Under the pieces are notes generated by a model that saw nothing but the letters and a program-made list of their open reading frames with translations, did not search any database and was not told where the DNA came from. A program made the translations under genes and the position numbers. 64,000 bases of DNA from a virus. Location: the IMG/VR virus record IMGVR_UViG_3300020421_000003. One strand, given 5' to 3'. Shown one piece after another: positions 40,201 through 49,200 of this stretch. The first letter of the stretch is position 1, and the number at the start of each line of letters is the position of its first letter.

Positions 40201-43200
40201 TTAATAGGACCAACTGCTCTGGTAGATGTCGTAGAGTAGTATGAATACTCATTTCCTTGATCATCAGATCCGATCTCAGCGTTTGCACGCTCAGGCTCTC
40301 TGTTGAGTGGGAATTTGAATTCAGTATCGCTTACAATCTCACTAATGTTAAATCTACCCTGGTATGGAGTTGTGATAACGTCAATGTATGAGTTTTCACC
40401 AACTGGGGAGTCATCTCCAGTCCTTGATGGGTCGAAGTAGTAAGAGATGTTAGTAACATCACCAAGCACCAAGAATTTAACAAATGGAGTGCTTGCACCT
40501 GCACCTTGGATACCAGGAGTGCCCTCTCTAACAGTATTGTTGAAGGAATACTCCAGTTTATACTGGTTATCCTGAGAGAATGACAGATAGTAACCGAAGT
40601 TGGAAGGATCGCTAAGCTCGAAGTTATACTGGTGATTTCTAGTGAAAATCAGAGTAGGATGCTTAGCATAGATGTTGACGTTTGCAATTCCATTGTTTAC
40701 AAACGTTGGATCTGACACTGCGGTGTCTCTAATACCAAATGTGAATTCTCTAGATCCAATAACATCATCGATGAAGAATGATCCGTTATATTGAGCACCA
40801 GAGAATCCTTCAGTGAAGATAATCTCATCTTCTTTGTAGAAGTGTGGAGAATTAGATGTGCAATAGACTTTATCAGTCCTAACGCTGCTAGCAAGAAGAA
40901 TATCTTTCTCAAGACGTGCAGTAACACGAATCTTCTTAACAGATGCAAAACCAGAGATCTCTACAGACTTCTCATCTTCTGACAGAGTGATATTGTTGGT
41001 GTTGACACTAACAACGTCATTAGGAATGAAGTTTGATCCAGGTTGGACTTCTAAGATTTCAATACTATAGTTGTTACCTTGATCATAAGGCATCAAACGG
41101 GTGTACTGACTGATTGCCTCGTTAGTCTCAACGAAGGACCAAGTAACAGTGCCGTCAGAAACGTCACCAGTGGTATGAGTAGGGGGAGTAGTTGTAGTAA
41201 CACCACCGCCACCAACAGCAACCTGATAAACGTTGAGTTTATACCACACACGCTGACCAACAGCATATAGACGATGTGGCAACCACTCAGGCATATCCAG
41301 ACCAGTAAATTCAGGTCTAGGGAAGGGATGCTCAGTCAGATCAACAGTAAACTTACCTGCATCGTCAATGAATGCCCAGTTAATAACACCATCGGAAACA
41401 ACACCAGTGTTGTGCTGAGGTGAAATAGTGCCAGATGTGCCAGCACCTTGTGCTTCATAGATTCTCTTTTGGTTGTAGACACGATCACCTTGTGCATATG
41501 CAGTTGATGCTGCCCAAGGAGATTCCTCTTCAATAGTATCGAAGTAAGTGCCTTCAATCTGGTTGATATCTCCACCAGGAGTTGTAGTGCGGAATCTATC
41601 AGTATTATTAAATGTGCCAAAGATCTTACCAACTCTATACTTGGTGCCAATACCAGGATTCTGCAGAGTGCCTGCAGGGACTTCTGTGATAGTTGCAAAA
41701 GCAGTAGTAGTGCCAATGTTGTTAAACTGCTGCAGTATAGAATACTGAGTAAGTCTAATTGGTTGAGTAAACGTAAATTCTTGGACGTTATCAATCTTCT
41801 GATATAGAGCATCCCTCATGTAGAATTTGGGGATAACATCAGCAGAGATAATTAGTCTCTTACCACGAGGTGATGGGATAGTAGAAGTCTTGGATGCATA
41901 CTGGTCATACGCTGAAGATAGTGTATATGTACCAGGGATCAACGTGGAGAAAGTCTGGGACATGTCCAGAATTTGCAGACCACCAGGACCCTCTAACCAT
42001 GTAGAAATTGCACCTGGAGAAACACTCGTCCAAGTCATACCGATAGTATGATCGGTGAATGCAATATCACTATACTTGTTAAGACCAGTCAGGGTGTAAG
42101 ATGCACGCTGAGTATGTGCTCTATCAAACTTGATCAGTGCAACATCAGAGTTGGACGTAGTAATTGCAATCTCAGAAGTGGGCACAGTGTAAGAAGTGCC
42201 AGGATAAGGTGCAGCATCATCGAGCACAAAGTCGTCGATGTTACCACGGAAACTATTTGCAACTGTTGGAGGACTGGAAGGACCACAGATAACAACGTCA
42301 TCAAGAGCAACATCAGTAGTGCTCTGATAAGTGATCTGCTGGTTACCGCCAATGAATACCTCATAACGATACAGACCCAGAGATTCTTGACGTTTCTGGA
42401 CAGTAACATGGACCCATGCTGCAGCAGCAAAGGCATCCCAGTTAGTTGCAGCAACAGAAGAAGCAACCTGAGTGCCATTCAAGTAAAGAATAACCTTCTG
42501 ATAGTCAGGATCGGTGTTATCACCCTGAATAGTTGCAGTAATTGAGTTGGTATTAGTTGCATCGTTAAAATGCAGCAATGTGGGCTCGTGTGCAGTATTC
42601 CATGCTGTCGTATTCATGGACATCCACATTCTGCCACTCCACTCAACAGGGGTCAGACCCAAGTCAGCGATAGTGATAGGTGCAACGTCATTAAACTTCA
42701 GAGATCCGCCGTCAAACTTGTAAACAGCAGCATCATGAGTGATATCAGACTGACTGAAGTAGTTGTAGGTGCCAAGATTTTGCTTGGTGGTATCCTCAAC
42801 AGGATTTTGATCATTACCCATTCTCCAAGAGACGAGCTGATCAGATTGCTGACGGTTGACAGCAAGAATAGTATCACCAGAGTTATCCAGAGCATGAGTA
42901 GTTGCTTGGAAACCGATACTCGCAGTATCATCAACCTTAGTTTGATACAGCAGAGTGCCGTCATACTTCATATAAGTGATAACTGAATATCTCTGATTCT
43001 GTGCTTCAGTAACGTCAGAAACGAGAGTATAGTTACCCCACTGGTCATAAGAAATGCCAGCATGGTGCATTTCAAGGAAATCACCAGAAGTTGTAACTGT
43101 CTTACTCCAATCCCACTCAGTTTGTGCAGTGGAAAGGAGGAATTTGTTGATCTGGATCTTATCGTACTTAGATGCTGCAGAGTTGAAGATATCCCAAGCA

Positions 43201-46200
43201 ACAATGATTGCACCATAGTCATCCATGACCATTGTTGGGTTGACAACACGTCCACCCACCGTAGGAATCTGCTTGATCCAATCCATCTCAAGGTTTGCAC
43301 CATCGTAGAAGAATTCACCGAAGATCAAGTCATCATTTTGGTCATTAACACCGATAAAGAAGAATCTATCATCGGAAACCATCATGATCTGATGCATTTT
43401 CTCGGAATCATCCTGAGATGCAACCTTACGCTTCTCAACCAGATCGCCTTCAATACCACACTGGATGATCCACATATCATCGGGATCAACAGAGTTAGTA
43501 TCGGTATAACCGCAAAGGTATATACGTTGCTCCTGGTCAAGAGCGATAGAAGTCACAAAGTCTCTTCTGGTGCTACCAGAGATACCAGCAATTGCTCTCT
43601 GCCACTGCAGGATACCGTCAGGATCGTTTGCATTGTTGAATCCAGACTCGTATAGACCTAACCAGATGTCTGGGTTGTAGACATCGTTGTCAGGATTCTT
43701 TGTTTGGCCTGTAACATATATGAGGTCGTTTTCTGGAGCAGAATTGACCACCATCTTGAGGAATTCAGCCCTCTTCTGGTTAGCATTGGTAGGAATGAGA
43801 GTCCTCTCCCAGATCTTCTGACCCAAGTCATCAAACTTGGCAAGGAATCCAGATTCATCACCATCTGTCTCAGTGATCTTACCGCAGATATAGGTATAGC
43901 GTTGCTCGGTAACCTTAATATCGTTGACTTGCACGATACCATCTGCTTCCATGTATTCGGTCAACCAATAGCGAGTTTTCTTAAACTGCTGTGGGTGGGA
44001 GACACGAATTTGAGGAGGCTCCTCAGGGTCATAACCATTACCAGAGTTGATAATGTTAACACTGTTGATCTGACCAGTATTTTGTAGGACAATCTCTAGT
44101 TGACCATCTTGACCAGCAGATGTGATCAATTCAAATGTAGGAGGAATGTCTTCGTTGTAACCAACACCAACCTGGGTTACATTGATACGCTCAATACCAG
44201 ATACAACTTTAACTTTGAAGTTTTTGTTGGTGTTATCAATGACAGGAGAAGAGTTAAGAATCAACTCATCTTGCTGACGCAAATCATGATCAGTAGAAGT
44301 TACGATTACACCATAAGGGCGATCACCGATGATCTCCTTACTGTATGATTGGATAACTTGACCCTTAACAGATTCGATAAGTGCAGAAGCACCAAAACCA
44401 CCAGTACCTTCATCATCGAAGAAGATGGTGTCATTAACCTGATAAGACTCGCCTGGGTTTTCAATAACGAAACCGTCGATCTGAGCATCTTCAAACTGAG
44501 TAGTTGTCTCAACTTCGATGTCAACTCTAGACTCTTCAGAAACCTGAGGGAAGTAATCATAGATTTGTAGAGTTGCCTCTTCAGACATCTCAAGGACTTC
44601 TTGCTGCTCATTAGCATCAATGATTCCGTCGTTATTACTGTCCTGGACCTCAAAGATAAGAGGATAACCTTCAATCTCAGTCGTTAGGACATCTGCTTCC
44701 TGGTTAGGTTGACGATCAACATCAATATCAACGTTAACATAAGGATCTCTATACCTTACAACGTTTTGTGGAATGTTTTCCTGGGTTGCACCTTGGGTGA
44801 AATTCCAAGGATCAGGCAGTGAGTTAAACTGAGGACCAAGGATATATGGGAATTCAGCAACACCTGCTTCCGATGCATCAATAGTAATAAAGTATGCATA
44901 GGTGCCATTAGGATACTGAGGTGTCTTACAGAAACGACCGTTATAGTTGTCGAGATCACCAGACTGGAAGTCATACTCATAGTCAGCAACAAACGATCCA
45001 GCAGGATATGAGGACAGTGTAGGTCCATCAATACGAGCAGGATTGGGGTTAGTTGCTAGGTCATATACAACGTTATCTTTTAGTTTATATGAAGTGCGAA
45101 GTCTCCTGATTCCGCTATTCTGGTCAGTTGGGTCAATGTAACCGTAGGGACCGTAGATTGGGTTACCATCATACGCCCAACCCAGAATAGGAGAGTGCTC
45201 ATAGTTGGATTCAACTTCTTGGAATTGTTGTGTAACAGCATTTAGGAAGACGTTATCGCCAACCACATAACGAAGCTCTTTAGGATCGCTAAGGTGAGCA
45301 TATTCACCACCAAACTGGTTATTCAGACCAGTAAAGACGTATCCTCGTGCTCCATCATACCTAGTAGAAAGATCATACTGAAGGTTTTTATTCCACTCAA
45401 ATACTTGTGGAGTAAACTCAGCAAAGTCGCCAACAGACTCAAGTCTAACAGTGGTAAGACCTTGGGTATATCCAATACCTCTGTTACTGATGTCAACGCT
45501 AAGGACTCTACCTTTATCTTCGCCAATAGTGCCGATAACTGCTCTTGCAATAGCACCGAAACCATCGCCATTGATGACAATAGTAGGAGCAGTAGTATAT
45601 CCACTACCTGAGTTAATGATAGCGATAGAAACAATACGACCATTGATAACAATGGGTTGTGCCAAAGCACCTTCACCAGAGTTAACTCTGATATCAGGCA
45701 GGTCTGTATAACCACTACCATTGGCAGTGATACTAACACTTTGAATAGGACCACGGACGTTTGCATTTGCCGTAGCACCTGTGCCACCACCACCAGTAAT
45801 AGAAATACTAGGTTGTGAAGTATATCCTGATCCTGGTTGCTCAACCAGAATTCTGGTGACACGACCACCAGTAACGATGGCTTGTGCAGTTGCTCCAATA
45901 CCACCACCGCCAACGATGGAGACTAGAGGAGATTCTATGTATCCGCTACCTTCTGCAGTAACATCAAGTGAAGTCAGACTACCATTAACAACAACTTCAC
46001 CAGTAGCACCTGTACCGCCACCACCAGCAATTTCCAGAGCAGGTTTGGATCCTGCATCATAATCTTGACCAGTGTTAGTAACAGTGATGCCAGTCAGAGG
46101 ACCGAATCTAACAAAGTCGCCAGACTTGTATGCCCAGATAGACACACCATTCACCCATGCACCAATTGAGGTGTTTGCTTGAATATCTTGACGCTCAGAG

Positions 46201-49200
46201 ATGGTCTGGACGTTACGGGGGAGACGAATCAGTTTACGCTGGTTACCAGGGATCAGTGCCGATCCCGTGAAAGGACCAACCTTATAATTGGGTAGACCAG
46301 AGGAAGCAACATAAACATACTCATCATTAAAGAAGGAGTTTTGGATATTTGTTGTAAACTCGCTAACAACACTGTTGATGGAATTGACATCGGACTTACC
46401 TCTGTTAAGGTCCACAGATAGAAGGATATTACCTTCAGGGATTATCTCTGTGGGAGTATTGATCTGATATGTAAATTGGAATGCATCAATACGAGAAGTA
46501 ACGGTAAACGTGCCATTGAATACAACAGGGTTAGCACCATAAATCGTCACCTGATCAGATACCAGAAGACCATGTGGGTTACCACAGACAACCGTAGCAG
46601 TCTGGTTATTAACACCACCAGGAGTGATGCTGGTAACCTGAATTAGTTTCTTAACGTTATACAACCAGGAAGACAGTCTCTCATCTTCAGAAGAAGATCC
46701 GAGTTTAGCAACCTTCAGTTTGTCGCCTTGCAGATAGTAAGATCCAGTATCTTCCAGGATCGTTGTACCTGCTTCTGCAATACCAAGCACTCTGAGTTTA
46801 CACTCAGTAGGTGTATCCTTATTGACATATACAAAGATGTCAGAGAATATAATCGTGCCAGGATCCCAGTCTTCTACAACACCATTCTGTGATCTGGTGC
46901 ATTCGATAAACTGGTTAAGTGATTTCTCTTTATACTGTACGATCTCCCTATCGTTAATACGGATGGTGCCGTTTCTTTCTGGCCATCCAATCGTGGAGTC
47001 AACGGTAATAATCTGACCAGTTGTATTCAACGGCTCAACTAGAGTCGTCTTATAAGGAATGATGAAATCGCCATTGAGGGTCTCCTCAGAGATTGCCAAT
47101 TCGTAGATAGTGTCCTTACCTTCAATAATGGTAATGACGTTTTCAATCAGAGCATTTGCTGCCCTGACACTAAGGTCAACAGGATCAGCATACTGAATAA
47201 GTTGTGAGTCAATCAGATTAGCAGGGTCACCTGAGATCAACTCAGCACGCAGCACCGTATCAACAACCCAGGTTGCAGCAGATGGTGAGATGATTTCTTC
47301 ACGGGGATAGTAGATATCCACCTGCTCACCAAACATGATCTTAAACAGATACTGTGTAGCAAGCTCAGTACCTTTACTGATGTAAAAGTCACTAATACTC
47401 TTAATTACCTGGACTGGATTGATTACAGAATAATCAATCTTAATATTGGGCAGATATTGTCTTCTAAATTTGTCAAAGACTTCTTTGATAAACAAAGAGT
47501 CTAGGTTAATGACCGTAGATGCTGCAGGGTGAGTAGACTGACGCAGTGCTGCTTCACCTGCATAGATTTCATTATGAAGGTTGTCATATCCAACAGCACC
47601 AGATACACCACGACTACATCCTAAGAATGCAGAAGGTGAATATCCACTACCTCTTTCAATGATCTCATAACCAGTCAGCTCGTTGAAACCAACAGCAACA
47701 GATGCTCTTGCTGCTTGAGGCTCAGCAATGAAAATCTTAGGAGGCTCTGTCTCAGAATATCCAGTACCGAAGTTGGTAATGTTGATATCGGTGATTTCGC
47801 CGTTAAAGATAGTTGCAGCAGCAGTTGCACCTGTGCCACCAATGGGATCACCGTAAGGATCCTTTCTATCATCAACAATGTATACAGAAGGAGCATCGGT
47901 ATAACCTCTGCCACCTGTCAACATTTGAATGTTGGTAACGTTACCAGATGCGACAGTAACGTCAAGCACCTGAGCACCAATAGGTTGAATAATCCTTGCT
48001 CTAGGTGGGGTTACATACCCTCTACCTCTATTTGTAATAACGATCTCGTAGACTTGACCGTCTTGGTTGATTCTGGAAATTGCCTGAGCATTAATACCAC
48101 CCTCAGGTGCTGGATCCAGATATACAATAGGAGGATTACTATAGTTCAGTCCAAATTCTTCGACAGCAATACTGTCAATGTTTACACGACCTTCACTATC
48201 AATTGTAGGTTGACCAATTTTACAACCACCAGGATTAACAAACGAAATAGCAGGGATAAAGTCATATCCACTACCAGAATTCATAATAGTCAGACTATCG
48301 ACCTGACCTGTTGTATCATCTACAGTCAGAGCGACTTTTGCCAGTGTGCCACCCGTAGGAGCGCCTACAAGGGCAAGAGGAGGGTTATATGATGTGTAAC
48401 CCTGTCCACCATCAATTAGGTTGATATCCTTGATACCACTAACCAAAGTTTTGGCAGTTGCACCTACACCTTCACTGTGCTGGACTGTAACCTTAGGTGC
48501 AAAGTCTAGTCGGTATCCACTACCACCAGTTTTAGGAATCAGGCGGTCAACTTGACCATTATCGTCAACAGAGACAACTGCAGATGCTCCAGATCCAAAA
48601 GAAGGAGCAATATACTCAACAGAGCGAATATGGATATCATCAGCAGCACCCAATGGGAATCTGAAGATAATTTCACTTCCATATACGGTATAGTCGGTAT
48701 ATGCCTCAAGTTGGCGATTGTTTTTCTTGACAATCAGACCAATTGCTGAAGTTGGGGTATATGGTTGTGTATTTACTCTGAGAGGATATTCTTTCTTACC
48801 TTGATACTCTTCAAAGGGAATTGCATCAGTTGTGACGATCGTTTGATCGGCATACCCAACCAAATAGACAATTTCAGTGAATGCAGAGTCGTCAGCACCA
48901 GATCTTTCACGGGGAGCAACAGCAAAGCGAATTTCATCGCCTTCCAGAAAATAGTCAGTCCCAGGGACCAACATATCATTATATGTGATAACAATTAGGT
49001 GATCTGCAGAAGGGGGATTTACAGGAGTGCCTAAAAAGTTAAGAGGGAATTTATTTCTAGTCCCATCAAACAAAGCGAAGGGATTTTCGAGTTGTTGTTT
49101 CTTTTTATCAAACTGACCAGGAGAAACACCTGGAGTAACAATAGCATCAGGTCCACGAGTAACAGTCTCGTAGTAGATTACCTCATTATCGATCTGGATA

